DNA of 64,000 bases, taken from the IMG/VR virus record IMGVR_UViG_3300028833_000064, positions 1 to 64,000 of that record, one strand, 5' to 3'. Both the position numbers and the translations under genes were made by a program. Under the pieces are notes generated by a model. The model had not been told where the DNA came from. It searched no databases and was given only the letters and a program-made list of their open reading frames with translations. This document shows, piece by piece, positions 46,692 to 55,971 of the stretch (within the stretch, counting starts at the first letter, position 1; the number at the start of each line of letters is the position of its first letter). The DNA comes from a virus. Lineage: Duplodnaviria > Caudoviricetes.

Positions 46692-47015
46692 TCATTTTTG
46701 GTAATATTCAGAATACGTGTCAATCCATCCGTTTTCCAGTTCATATAACATCCGTTTGCATTCCTTGACGTAGGGGAAGGCGAGTACGAAGCGTGTTCCG
46801 TACACACAAAAGATATATAAGAATATGAGCAGAATCAAATTAACATCGATTGGTCCGAATGAAGTGTTGATAAGAATCCCGAGATAGATTCCGTCGATGA
46901 CTATCATCAAGATGTACAGTATCACCTGTAACCAGTTCGGAATATAGGTTTCCTTTTTATTGGTGAATGTCATCTGTATGGATTCTGGGATTTTGACCTT
47001 GGTTTTCATTTTCAT
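46692..47015 (-). CDS. two-TM membrane protein
   Basis: Two hydrophobic helices. Confidence 0.7.
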   Translation of the reverse strand: MKMKTKVKIPESIQMTFTNKKETYIPNWLQVILYILMIVIDGIYLGILINTSFGPIDVNLILLIFLYIFCVYGTRFVLAFPYVKECKRMLYELENGWIDTYSEYYQK

Positions 47016-47027
47016 TCTTTTTTTCGA

Positions 47028-47053
47028 AAGAGGGCGGAGTCTCCGCCCTCTTC
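47028..47053. terminator. intrinsic terminator
   Basis: AAGAGGGCGGAG-t-CTCCGCCCTCTT. Confidence 0.8.
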
Positions 47054-47066
47054 TTGTGTAAAGACC

Positions 47067-47570
47067 TTACATTTTGGCGATGAGACGTGCCAGCAATTTG
47101 ATAACCATCACCATCACAACTTCGATGTCGACTTCGATTTCGTCTTCATCCTCATCCTTGTTTTCTTTATCTTCAAAGATGTCATCGACGTTGGGAAGAT
47201 AAACGACTCGTTCACATCTAGCAACGTCACTGATTTCGCTTTCATCACCATATTCGGGGATGAGGTTTTTGTCGGAGAGAAACTTTGCCGCCTCACTAAA
47301 CTTGGTGAAGATATAGGGGACATCCTCGATGGGGGTCGGGTTTGTGTTCGGAGAACAAACCAAGATGGTCTTTTGGTCGGAAGCGAGTACCAACATTGAT
47401 GGTATGATTTTGACATCACCCTTTCTGTTTCCAACCGGTGTCCAAACGACGGGGACTCCGAGTTCATATAACGGTTTACCTGTTTGGCGATGCATGTACA
47501 TCACATAATTGGCATTGGATGCACTTACGATATAGCAGTTCAATTCTTTGTTGTTTTTTGTGAGTCTCAT
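47067..47570 (-). CDS. VPVVWTPV family protein, paralog B
   Basis: Start reassigned to ATG 47570 downstream of the promoter cassette. Confidence 0.8.
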   Translation of the reverse strand: MRLTKNNKELNCYIVSASNANYVMYMHRQTGKPLYELGVPVVWTPVGNRKGDVKIIPSMLVLASDQKTILVCSPNTNPTPIEDVPYIFTKFSEAAKFLSDKNLIPEYGDESEISDVARCERVVYLPNVDDIFEDKENKDEDEDEIEVDIEVVMVMVIKLLARLIAKM

Positions 47571-47618
47571 AATTGTTGTTGTTTTAATTATTATTAATTG
47601 TTGTTTGTTTCTTTTTTC

Positions 47619-47727
47619 TGATACAAAAATACAATTTTTTTTTGAATTACCAAACTTTTTTTCAAAAAAATTTTCATTTTTTTCGTAAGTGCTTGATTTA
47701 GTGAGATAAAAAATGAAAATTTTTTTC
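47619..47727 (-). promoter_or_regulatory. degenerate copy of the ~110-bp promoter cassette
   Basis: Collinear with 58850-58958; -7 element TATTTTTG. Confidence 0.7.
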
Positions 47728-47894
47728 AACCACCCCAAAAAAAGTCCTGCAAAATTGGATTTTTTATCTCCGATTCCAGAAAATTGACCACTTTTAAAAT
47801 CATAGAAAAACAGAAAAACACACAACATACTATTTTATAAGTAGTTATGTGTTTCTCCCTTTTCAAATATCAACTATTTTCGAAAATCTTCGAT

Positions 47895-48119
47895 TTATTT
47901 TTTATTGTATGATACTGATGTGTTCAGTCTGAACAACAGGGTTAATAGAACACTGAGTCCCCAGCTTTGGATGTATGAAATCTGTGGGAGATTGAAGATG
48001 ACTGGCATCAACCAGTTCCACAGCGGCCACACGATGAGAGCGACCACAAATGCAACAACGATTGAAAACAGCAGACTAATCAACATCAAACAAAGGGTTT
48101 GAATAAAAGTTTGGCTCAT
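47895..48119 (-). CDS. small membrane protein
   Basis: LWNWLMP.IF.LP.ISY.Q..G motif common in phages. Confidence 0.75.
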   Translation of the reverse strand: MSQTFIQTLCLMLISLLFSIVVAFVVALIVWPLWNWLMPVIFNLPQISYIQSWGLSVLLTLLFRLNTSVSYNKK

Positions 48120-48160
48120 TTGTAATATCATAATATAAAAGGTTAATAAAAGAAGAATCT

Positions 48161-48607
48161 TTAGAGGTCTGTAAAAAACTGATTTTTATTAGATTCTATA
48201 AGTTCTTTGTTTTTTCGAAATATCTCACTTATTTTTTGAGATATAGTATTTTCACCGAATATAAAATAATCAGCTGCAAATACCATTTCATCATCAGAGT
48301 CTGAAGTCTTCAATTCTATAATTTTTGAGTCGATGAGTTTGACCACCATCTTATCATCAATTGTGATGAGACATTCTTTGAGATATATTGGATTGTCTAT
48401 ACATGAATTTTCAAGTGATTGTCTCAGATAATTTTGTTCTCTGAGTCTTGTCCCTTTTATTGTTAAGAACCCACGTGATAGAACATGGTATGAGTAATGA
48501 TTGAGTTCATCTATAGACTTAGCTTCGTCAATGATGATTTCTTTCAAAGGAATAACTTCACTACCGAGACGTAGTGTTAATCCGTCTTCAATAAACCTGT
48601 GTTCCAT
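48161..48607 (-). CDS. hypothetical protein
   Basis: 148 aa, TAATG overlap. Confidence 0.7.
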   Translation of the reverse strand: MEHRFIEDGLTLRLGSEVIPLKEIIIDEAKSIDELNHYSYHVLSRGFLTIKGTRLREQNYLRQSLENSCIDNPIYLKECLITIDDKMVVKLIDSKIIELKTSDSDDEMVFAADYFIFGENTISQKISEIFRKNKELIESNKNQFFTDL

Positions 48608-49320
48608 TATGCCTCATATTTCTCTATGATTGGTTTGCACGTTTCAAGTACGGAGACGACTTTATCCAAGTCGAAGTAGTCGTTTGTCCGGACTCCGGAC
48701 TCCATGTCAATCCAAAAGTCTCCCGAGACATTCTCGTAGAGGTACGTAAGTTTCTCTGCACAGTTCTCTGGATTAAATCCACCGGCATACCCCACACATC
48801 CGTCGTAAGGATACAGTTGGATACCGGTATCGATTCCACGCCCACCACTGCCGTCGATGAGAACAGACAATGTGCATTTGTTCCATTCGTATTCCTTCCA
48901 CTTCTCGATGGTATTCTTCAGTATTGAGTCGTTAACTGTATCTTTCTGCTGGATGATGATTTCTTGTCCGGAGAAGATTGGTGCCCAGCAATAGTTCGGG
49001 TTGTCATCTCTTTTGGCGATGTTGAGTTGGATTCGTTTGAAGATTTCGAGATTTCTGCCGATGAGATTATCGACCTCGACCCAGAATCCCTCGGCGGCAT
49101 CACGGGAGATACTCCCACACAAATGGAGGGCGAGGTTGAGTTTCTTATCGTAAAATTTATGTATGAGACTCGGATTCAGATAACGGGGACCGTTTTCATT
49201 CCAATGCTTGCTTGCAAGAATTCCGAATTCAACAATTGGATACTCCCGCTGGATTTCCACCAGTCTGTCGATGTCTGTTTTTGAATCGACACCTGTGAAT
49301 GTTATATGTTTTAGTTTCAT
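48607..49320 (-). CDS. TrpF/PRAI-like TIM-barrel protein
   Basis: TFTGVD, HLCG, DGSGGRG, GYAGGFNPEN, WIDMESGVR. Confidence 0.75.
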   Translation of the reverse strand: MKLKHITFTGVDSKTDIDRLVEIQREYPIVEFGILASKHWNENGPRYLNPSLIHKFYDKKLNLALHLCGSISRDAAEGFWVEVDNLIGRNLEIFKRIQLNIAKRDDNPNYCWAPIFSGQEIIIQQKDTVNDSILKNTIEKWKEYEWNKCTLSVLIDGSGGRGIDTGIQLYPYDGCVGYAGGFNPENCAEKLTYLYENVSGDFWIDMESGVRTNDYFDLDKVVSVLETCKPIIEKYEA

Positions 49321-49658
49321 ATTTCTTTTGATTCGATTTCGTATTCGTATAGTCTGTATTTTTTAAAAGTTATCTTTATGGTTTCTCCGAACCGTGACAT
49401 CTCCACAAGTCCGCCCAATGCTTTTATACCGATGGCCAGAAATAAATTCTTTGTGGTCAGAATACTATAGACGGCTTTGTCGATTTCAGCGACTGCTTCA
49501 TTGATGTCACATTCATCCGATGGTGCCGCTTCATCCAATATCTTTTGGATGAATCCTGCATATTCTTCCGGAGACTCGTTGACTTTTTTCAGATTTTCGA
49601 TGGTTGTATTAAACCTTGTTTTCGGTACTTTGACGTGTATTTGTATGCATTCTTTCAT
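49317..49658 (-). CDS. hypothetical protein
   Basis: 113 aa. Confidence 0.7.
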   Translation of the reverse strand: MKECIQIHVKVPKTRFNTTIENLKKVNESPEEYAGFIQKILDEAAPSDECDINEAVAEIDKAVYSILTTKNLFLAIGIKALGGLVEMSRFGETIKITFKKYRLYEYEIESKEI

Positions 49659-50164
49659 ATCAGTTCAAATTTGGTGTTTGATGACATAGTTCCCATTGGA
49701 ACGAAGATGGTATCGGATTCGCCGGTATACTCTTTTTTCGATATTGTGAATCGTATATAGTTACTGATATTTCTTTCCTTATATTTTATATTTTGATTGA
49801 TATGAGGATTCTCATCAGTCTCGACTATGGCCGTATATTTTGCCGGAAGAAGTTTCTGAACATAACTACTGTCAGTCTTCTTTAACATGACAATGTAGTA
49901 GAAATCTTCATCTATCTGTGTTTTGGTGAAATATATGTTTTCATTTTGTACAACCTTTGTTGCAATAATCTCATCATGAATGCTTTCCTCTACCGGTTTA
50001 AATCCCCAGTCAATCGTAAAGATTTGAGAAAGCAACCAGATTATAAGACCAATAACGCCGGTAAATGAAACACGTACTACATTGTCACGGTAATCCTTAT
50101 CGAAGTGTCCAATGACACATACAATAATGAAAGCAAATAAAAGTGAACTTAATAAAAATACCAT
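49655..50164 (-). CDS. membrane-anchored hypothetical protein
   Basis: Two N-terminal TMs; I.VP.GT C-terminus. Confidence 0.75.
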   Translation of the reverse strand: MVFLLSSLLFAFIIVCVIGHFDKDYRDNVVRVSFTGVIGLIIWLLSQIFTIDWGFKPVEESIHDEIIATKVVQNENIYFTKTQIDEDFYYIVMLKKTDSSYVQKLLPAKYTAIVETDENPHINQNIKYKERNISNYIRFTISKKEYTGESDTIFVPMGTMSSNTKFELI

Positions 50165-50181
50165 AATTGTTTTGTTTTTTG

Positions 50182-51177
50182 TTATTTACACACTTCGTCC
50201 AAAGATGCACTGAGGTGTTTCGAAAATTCTCTGTATTTCTGTGAGTCGAATATCCATCGACCCCTTTTCTCTGAACCGTAGTCAATATCCATCTCCTCGA
50301 AGATGGTGCAAGGATTGGGTTTGAGAATGAATATCTTGTTACTGATGTAGAGTGCTTCCTCCAGTGAGTGGGTGACGTTGATGATGGTATGCTCGGTCTC
50401 CTCTGCAATCTTGATGATGAGGTCTTGAATCTCACGTTTCATCTTGATGTCCAATGCACCTGTTGCTTCGTCGAGGAAAAATACCTTGCTGTTTGATGTA
50501 AGGCATCGTGCAATGGACACTCTCTGCAACTGTCCTCCGGAAAGCTTCGAAGCGTTGGCGTATTTGCCGGCGTGCTCTTCAAGTCCAACAAGCTTGAGTG
50601 TCTCCATCGCCTTTTCACGTGCATCCTTTTTGTCCATCCCTTTCAGGACCATCGGTAGCGCCACGTTGTCGATGACCGTCATCCAATGGAAAGACGAGTA
50701 ACTCTGAAATACCATCGGTACTGATTTATACTCGTCGATGTGCTGTCCGAATATTCGGATGTCACCTTTCTGTGGGGTCATTAATCCAGCGGCCATCTTC
50801 AAAATGCATGATTTACCACATCCACTACCGCCCATTATGCTGACAACTTCGGAGACCATGGGTTTGTCTTCCACCTTGAGTGAGAAGTCGTTGAAAATCT
50901 TGAACTCGTGTTTAGTACCCTCATCGAAGATATGTGTGAGATGGTCAATTTCGAAAGAATATCGTTTTCCATCATCCACAGATATTTTGGGAGATTTTTC
51001 AACCGGAGTCGAAACTGTAGTTGGAACTGTAGTTGTCACAGGAACTGTAGCCGGAACTGTAGTTGACTGGATGGGTTTCATAAATGGATTGTTGGACACC
51101 GGTACCGTAGTTTTGGTCTCAGTCGAATCCTTACTACCATCTATTGGTTTCGAAAATGCCGAAATATTTTTTTTCAT
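50182..51177 (-). CDS. ABC transporter ATP-binding protein (TauB/SsuB-like)
   Basis: GGSGCGKS, VFQ, LSGGQLQR, LDEATGALD, VTH; Thr/Pro-rich N-terminal extension. Confidence 0.93.
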   Translation of the reverse strand: MKKNISAFSKPIDGSKDSTETKTTVPVSNNPFMKPIQSTTVPATVPVTTTVPTTVSTPVEKSPKISVDDGKRYSFEIDHLTHIFDEGTKHEFKIFNDFSLKVEDKPMVSEVVSIMGGSGCGKSCILKMAAGLMTPQKGDIRIFGQHIDEYKSVPMVFQSYSSFHWMTVIDNVALPMVLKGMDKKDAREKAMETLKLVGLEEHAGKYANASKLSGGQLQRVSIARCLTSNSKVFFLDEATGALDIKMKREIQDLIIKIAEETEHTIINVTHSLEEALYISNKIFILKPNPCTIFEEMDIDYGSEKRGRWIFDSQKYREFSKHLSASLDEVCK

Positions 51178-51179
51178 AG

Positions 51180-51989
51180 TTACTTCTTTGTGTGGGGGAA
51201 TATGATTGGTTTCAAGAAATGGAAGAGTCTGTCTTGCAGTAGTCCTATCATCACGATAACGAAGAGGAGGGCGTATATCTCCGGAGTCCTGCTCTGTCGA
51301 CTGAATGTGGAAATCATTGCACCGATTCCTCCGACTTTGTTGAGACTTTCTGCAATGACGACGTATGTGTAACTGATGGCCACAAGACTTCTGATATCAT
51401 CGTATACCTTTTCCATCACATATGGGAAGTACACATACTTGAAAGTCTGCCAGTTTGACATACCCATGGTCTTGGCCGTCTGAAGATAGACATTATCGTT
51501 CACATTGGTTGGGTTCTGCAAGTCGAGTACCTTACCGACAACGCTTGGAAGGGTGAAGATGAAGATACCGAAAGCAAGGAAGAAAGCTTTCATACCGAAG
51601 GCGAGTCCAAAGATGGAGATGAAGATTCCGGATACTGTTGGTAGCGGGAGGTATCGTAGCGCCTCAAAATATTTCCTGAACAACGAGTTGAACATAGGAA
51701 TCATTCCAATCAAGAATCCAAGCGGTATTGCAAAGAGTACGGCAATGAGGTATCCCGAGATATTCAGTGACACCGTATACCATATATTGTCCAACAAGTG
51801 GTATTTCGAGAACAAGTCCGGAACAATGGAGACAACCTTTACTGGGTTAGGGAGAATACCCGGACTGATGATTTCACCAGTCAATGTCACGAGATACCAT
51901 ATTGTTATAAGAAGTACAGCACCTATCGACCCAATAATCCTACCCTCTTTTTTCGAAATTTCCCCACCTGGTTTGAAGTACTTGTTCAT
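51180..51989 (-). CDS. ABC transporter permease (TauC/SsuC-like)
   Basis: Multiple TMs, LP.P..V, EAA-like loop QTAKTMG, AE..G.G. Confidence 0.9.
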   Translation of the reverse strand: MNKYFKPGGEISKKEGRIIGSIGAVLLITIWYLVTLTGEIISPGILPNPVKVVSIVPDLFSKYHLLDNIWYTVSLNISGYLIAVLFAIPLGFLIGMIPMFNSLFRKYFEALRYLPLPTVSGIFISIFGLAFGMKAFFLAFGIFIFTLPSVVGKVLDLQNPTNVNDNVYLQTAKTMGMSNWQTFKYVYFPYVMEKVYDDIRSLVAISYTYVVIAESLNKVGGIGAMISTFSRQSRTPEIYALLFVIVMIGLLQDRLFHFLKPIIFPHTKK

Positions 51990-52003
51990 TTGATTTCTTT
52001 TTT

Positions 52004-52090
52004 AAAAGGGGGTCGTGACTCTGACCCCCTTTTCATGTTAAACCATTTTTACCCTTTTTTTGGAGGGGAGTCAGAACGACCCCCCTCTCT
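52004..52090. terminator. pair of mutually inverted GC-rich hairpins between binding-protein and permease genes
   Basis: GGGGGTCGTGACTCTGACCCCC and the reverse-oriented GGGGGTCGTTCTGACTCCCC. Confidence 0.7.
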
Positions 52091-52101
52091 GTTGTATATT
52101 G

Positions 52102-53634
52102 TTATCGTTGAACCAGCTTCATACTTGTGGTACGGTATTTCTGATTGCTTCCGACGACTCCATCCGAGATTGCACGTTTGGGACCGTTACCCTCGACGAT
52201 GAATCGATTTTTATCTACACCTTGACGACTGAGATAGTTTGCCACACTCTGAGCACGCTGCTTGGACAGTTCAATGTTGTGCTGATAGCTGCCGGTGTTG
52301 TCTGTGTTACCCTCGATTCGGACATAGCAGTTGTTGAACTGTTTGATGATAGGAAGCATCTCACGCTCGATGATAGTCTCTGCATCGACGCTCAATTCAC
52401 TCCCATCGACGGGGAACTCGATAACCACTTCCTTGTCAGAGAATGCTTCGGTAGATTTGACTTGCATCGACGGGGCGGCAAACTTACGTTTAGCGGTACC
52501 CTTTGCAGTCTGGTCATTGGTAAGGTTATTGCTTTTCATCAGAGATTCGATGATAGATGTCTCAGAGATTGTACGCCACGGCATGGTTGCCTTTGCAAGA
52601 CCGATTTCACCGTACACCTGACTCATCTTGGTATAGAGTTTCTCACCGGTGATTTCATCGTATTCAGTGTTCAGACCGAACCAGTTGATGTTGTCTTCGA
52701 GAGTAGCGAAGTTAATCTTGCTGCCGACTGTCAGAACATCCTCCTCCGGAACGTCGAACTCTTTGGCGAACACGTGACATACTTCCTTATACGTCTCGGG
52801 GTTGTTCATCTCCGAATTTGCCCACAGAAGTGCTTCCACAATCTTTTTTGCAGTTTCGGGATTTTCTTTCAACCATTCCTCGTGAGCAAGGAAACCATCG
52901 GTTACAAGGGTCTGGATATCTTTGGTGCTTACCAGGACGTGTGTGCCGGTAGGACCATCCTTGATACAAGCGTCGTCATCGGGACAGAATACCACTGCTG
53001 CATCAGCAGTACCCGCCTTGAACGCCGTTGCAACGTCGGAACCATATCCAGTCGTGATAATCTGCACGTCACTGTTGGAAAGACCATTGGCAGCGAGAGT
53101 ATTGAGTAGGAGAGAATGTGATGCTGTACCTTCCGAGCAGACGATTTTCTTTCCCTTCAAATCCGCCACTCTCTTGATGTTCTTGGTTGCCACGATTGCA
53201 TCTGCACCGGCACTGAAGTTGTGAATCATAAAATAACGGGCGTCTGTCATAGTGCCGGACTGGCTTGCCTCCACGGGATACGAGTCAAGGGTGCAGAAAC
53301 GGAGGGCGTTCTTGTGTTCCTTGAAGTAAGCAGTTGCTCCATCGAAGTCATCCATCTGGATAATCTTGAGGCGGATACCGAAACGCTTGTAGAACTCAGA
53401 CTCCTTGCTTCCGTCTTTGCCTCCGTTGAAAGTGACGAATGGTGCCCAACCTGTATAGGTGTCCACGAGCACGTAGGCGTCGTACTTACTGTTACCGCCG
53501 ACAAGTTTGCCGAGATTGATTCCCGAGTTTTTGGTCCCGAAGAAGACTGCTGCACCGAGCAGACCTACAGCGAGAACGATTGTTAATAGACGGCCGAAAC
53601 CCGTCAATTTTGAAAAAGTGCTTTTGATACTCAT
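52102..53634 (-). CDS. NMT1/SsuA-like substrate-binding protein fused to an OmpA_C peptidoglycan-binding domain
   Basis: N-terminal TM anchor; SAGADAIVA..I..VADLKGK; AFKAGTADAAV; IEGNTDNTG..N..LS..RA.SV..YL..GV...R. Confidence 0.88.
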   Translation of the reverse strand: MSIKSTFSKLTGFGRLLTIVLAVGLLGAAVFFGTKNSGINLGKLVGGNSKYDAYVLVDTYTGWAPFVTFNGGKDGSKESEFYKRFGIRLKIIQMDDFDGATAYFKEHKNALRFCTLDSYPVEASQSGTMTDARYFMIHNFSAGADAIVATKNIKRVADLKGKKIVCSEGTASHSLLLNTLAANGLSNSDVQIITTGYGSDVATAFKAGTADAAVVFCPDDDACIKDGPTGTHVLVSTKDIQTLVTDGFLAHEEWLKENPETAKKIVEALLWANSEMNNPETYKEVCHVFAKEFDVPEEDVLTVGSKINFATLEDNINWFGLNTEYDEITGEKLYTKMSQVYGEIGLAKATMPWRTISETSIIESLMKSNNLTNDQTAKGTAKRKFAAPSMQVKSTEAFSDKEVVIEFPVDGSELSVDAETIIEREMLPIIKQFNNCYVRIEGNTDNTGSYQHNIELSKQRAQSVANYLSRQGVDKNRFIVEGNGPKRAISDGVVGSNQKYRTTSMKLVQR

Positions 53635-53664
53635 AGTTTTTTGATTTTTGAAATGTTGATATTT

Positions 53665-53925
53665 TTATTTGTTGTTATTATGTTTGTTTCTTAAATCTTC
53701 GAGAAACTTCTCATGTTTCTTGTGCTCAGATTTGTTGTGTTTCAACAAAACCAAAAAGATGGTCAATCCGATGGTCAGAAGAATTGCAGCCGTAATCCAT
53801 ATCGGTGATAGCACCCACCACCAAGACCAGTCGATTACATTACAAAGCTTGAGAATGATGAAGGTAATGGTCAAAAGACCGACGAACCCGATTCCACCAC
53901 TTGTTGTTGTTTTTGATTCACTCAT
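53665..53925 (-). CDS. conserved phage membrane protein
   Basis: GIGF.GLLTI.FI.LKL..VIDWSWWWVLSPIW. Confidence 0.8.
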   Translation of the reverse strand: MSESKTTTSGGIGFVGLLTITFIILKLCNVIDWSWWWVLSPIWITAAILLTIGLTIFLVLLKHNKSEHKKHEKFLEDLRNKHNNNK

Positions 53926-54002
53926 TTTTTTTTTCTTTTGATTTCTTATATTTAAAAGATACTATTTTTTTTTCGGTATTTTCGAAAAATGAAGAATATT
54001 TT

Positions 54003-55082
54003 TTAAAATAAATCTTCTTGCAGAACCGAGATTGGCATCCACCACTTTACATGAGTCCGGTTATACAACTCCCACTTTCCGTTGCAATAGGTGTTTACCA
54101 GTACAGTATGTCCATCACAGTCAAGCATGGTTATGTAGTCTCCATCAGTATCCGGATATTCGTCCGTCTTCGGATTTCTTGGGTTTGAAACGGTCTTTGT
54201 CCAAGGAATGGATTTTTCGAGACTTTCCTTTTTTATAGAATATGTTTCTTTTAAATTATTGGTTTTATAGATTGAACCATACCCATGAAAAATACCATTC
54301 GTGTATTCAAGTATAAAACCGGTATTACTTTTGAGAATCTGTAAAATCTCAGACGGACTCATCTTTTTGTCTTCAGTCTTGTCCAATAATGCACGTGTAC
54401 ATACGTTCGCCTCGACGATGGAATCGTCTTCATAGAATGTGTAGGCGTCAACTGGTTCTCCCGTCACCTTGTTGTTTTTATACGGATGTTTGACAATCTC
54501 CTTCACGGTGTTGATTCGCTGACCACTCTTGAATGGTTTCCCCGAAAACTTTACAACCTTGTCGCCGGGTTCAACGACTATGGATTGCTCACGAATGGCT
54601 TTCTTTTCGGATTTCGAAAATCTATGCTCCAAAATATGACTTTTGATTTCATTGACTTTTTTATCGATTTGGTCAATTTCATCATATAAATCTTTAGCGT
54701 CTATGGCGATACCGGCTTCGATGAGATTTTCGAAATCGAATTTGTTTTCGTAGAACCACTTCACGATTTTTCCAATTCCCATTGGACTGAAAAACGAGTC
54801 ATTGGGGAATACCTTATCATACTCAAGTTCCTCCTTATTGGTCATCGACATCATCCGTCTAAGATAGGGTCGAACCAAAACTTCGTCGAGTTTGATGGTT
54901 GTACGGAAAATGTCAAATATATTCGTAACGGTTATTTCCTTCTTCCTTATATCAACGGATACAAGTTTGGCTTTCTCCCATACCACACTTCCGTCATTCC
55001 ATTCGATATGGAGGATAAGGCCGTAGGGCATTCTTGCAGACAACTGCTGCAATAAGATTTCCTGTCTATCTTCTTGTTTCAT
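54003..55082 (-). CDS. multi-domain phage protein
   Basis: L.AR.PYG/PYLR.M.SMT domain, KFSGKPFKSG domain and DUF551-like C-terminus (V.WWMP). Confidence 0.7.
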   Translation of the reverse strand: MKQEDRQEILLQQLSARMPYGLILHIEWNDGSVVWEKAKLVSVDIRKKEITVTNIFDIFRTTIKLDEVLVRPYLRRMMSMTNKEELEYDKVFPNDSFFSPMGIGKIVKWFYENKFDFENLIEAGIAIDAKDLYDEIDQIDKKVNEIKSHILEHRFSKSEKKAIREQSIVVEPGDKVVKFSGKPFKSGQRINTVKEIVKHPYKNNKVTGEPVDAYTFYEDDSIVEANVCTRALLDKTEDKKMSPSEILQILKSNTGFILEYTNGIFHGYGSIYKTNNLKETYSIKKESLEKSIPWTKTVSNPRNPKTDEYPDTDGDYITMLDCDGHTVLVNTYCNGKWELYNRTHVKWWMPISVLQEDLF

Positions 55083-55099
55083 AATTTTATAGATAATGG

Positions 55100-55372
55100 T
55101 TAACATTTTGACAGATATCCTGCCGGATTAATTGATATTGAAACGTCTTCAATTGTCGCTTCGTTCAAGTTAATAACTTCCGATGAATAGGGGTAGTGAC
55201 GCTTCCCTGTGAAATAGTCGGTAAATCCCCAATGACCTTCATCATCTTGTTTGAAAAATTTACCTATGTGGATTTTCTTTCCTGAATAGAAAAGGTAGAC
55301 ATCACCATCCTTTATGCTCGGGTCTTCTGGATTGAACTCCTTGAATCCACCTAAATAAACAGCTCTTTTCAT
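55100..55372 (-). CDS. hypothetical protein
   Basis: Start reassigned to ATG 55372. Confidence 0.7.
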   Translation of the reverse strand: MKRAVYLGGFKEFNPEDPSIKDGDVYLFYSGKKIHIGKFFKQDDEGHWGFTDYFTGKRHYPYSSEVINLNEATIEDVSISINPAGYLSKC

Positions 55373-55376
55373 ATTT

Positions 55377-55970
55377 TTATTTTTTAAGTTTCCAACAGTC
55401 TCCAACCGTTTCTGCACCCGATTCAAGTTCTGACAAAGCCGATACTGCCCATTTCTTCATTGGGTTTTCATCTCTCAGATGCAAGTACCTCTCGATTTTT
55501 TTTCTGACAATACTTCTTTCTTTCTCCGTATCCGGACGGATATTGTACGCTTTCCAAGTTCCGTCTTCTTTTTGAAAGGCTTGGTACTTTATATATTCTC
55601 CACAATATGGGGCGTAGGCGACGACATTGCCTCCACTCCATGGTTCATGTCCGTCGATAAGGGCATGGACATTCTGCAAGAAAACTTGTAGAACCATTAT
55701 GATGTCTCCTTTGTCAAGATAATAACTCAATGGTTTTTCATCACAATATAATTTGTAAAGCATTGTATTTATATCATGTGTCACACATCTCAATACTACA
55801 TAGTAAGGATTCGATTCGTCGGATGAATTCCATATATTGTCCACAATTGTCCGATAATGTCCAATAAGGTCTTTGAACAACGAGTCGTCCATTGTAATCC
55901 AGAATGGATGTTCCTTTATGGCATCATGCTCGGTTCTCAGAATACCGAGTATTTCTTCTCTTGTTTTCAT
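55377..55970 (-). CDS. hypothetical protein
   Basis: 197 aa. Confidence 0.75.
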   Translation of the reverse strand: MKTREEILGILRTEHDAIKEHPFWITMDDSLFKDLIGHYRTIVDNIWNSSDESNPYYVVLRCVTHDINTMLYKLYCDEKPLSYYLDKGDIIMVLQVFLQNVHALIDGHEPWSGGNVVAYAPYCGEYIKYQAFQKEDGTWKAYNIRPDTEKERSIVRKKIERYLHLRDENPMKKWAVSALSELESGAETVGDCWKLKK

Positions 55971-55971
55971 T

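Noticed and set aside
47571-47828. Long N-terminal extensions in the ORF track (47828, 45647, 60417, 958, 25842, 23368)
   Set aside because: They run through promoters, hairpins or upstream genes; downstream ATGs were chosen instead
52060-53109. 349-aa + strand ORF
   Set aside because: Antisense shadow of the binding-protein/OmpA gene; no recognisable motifs
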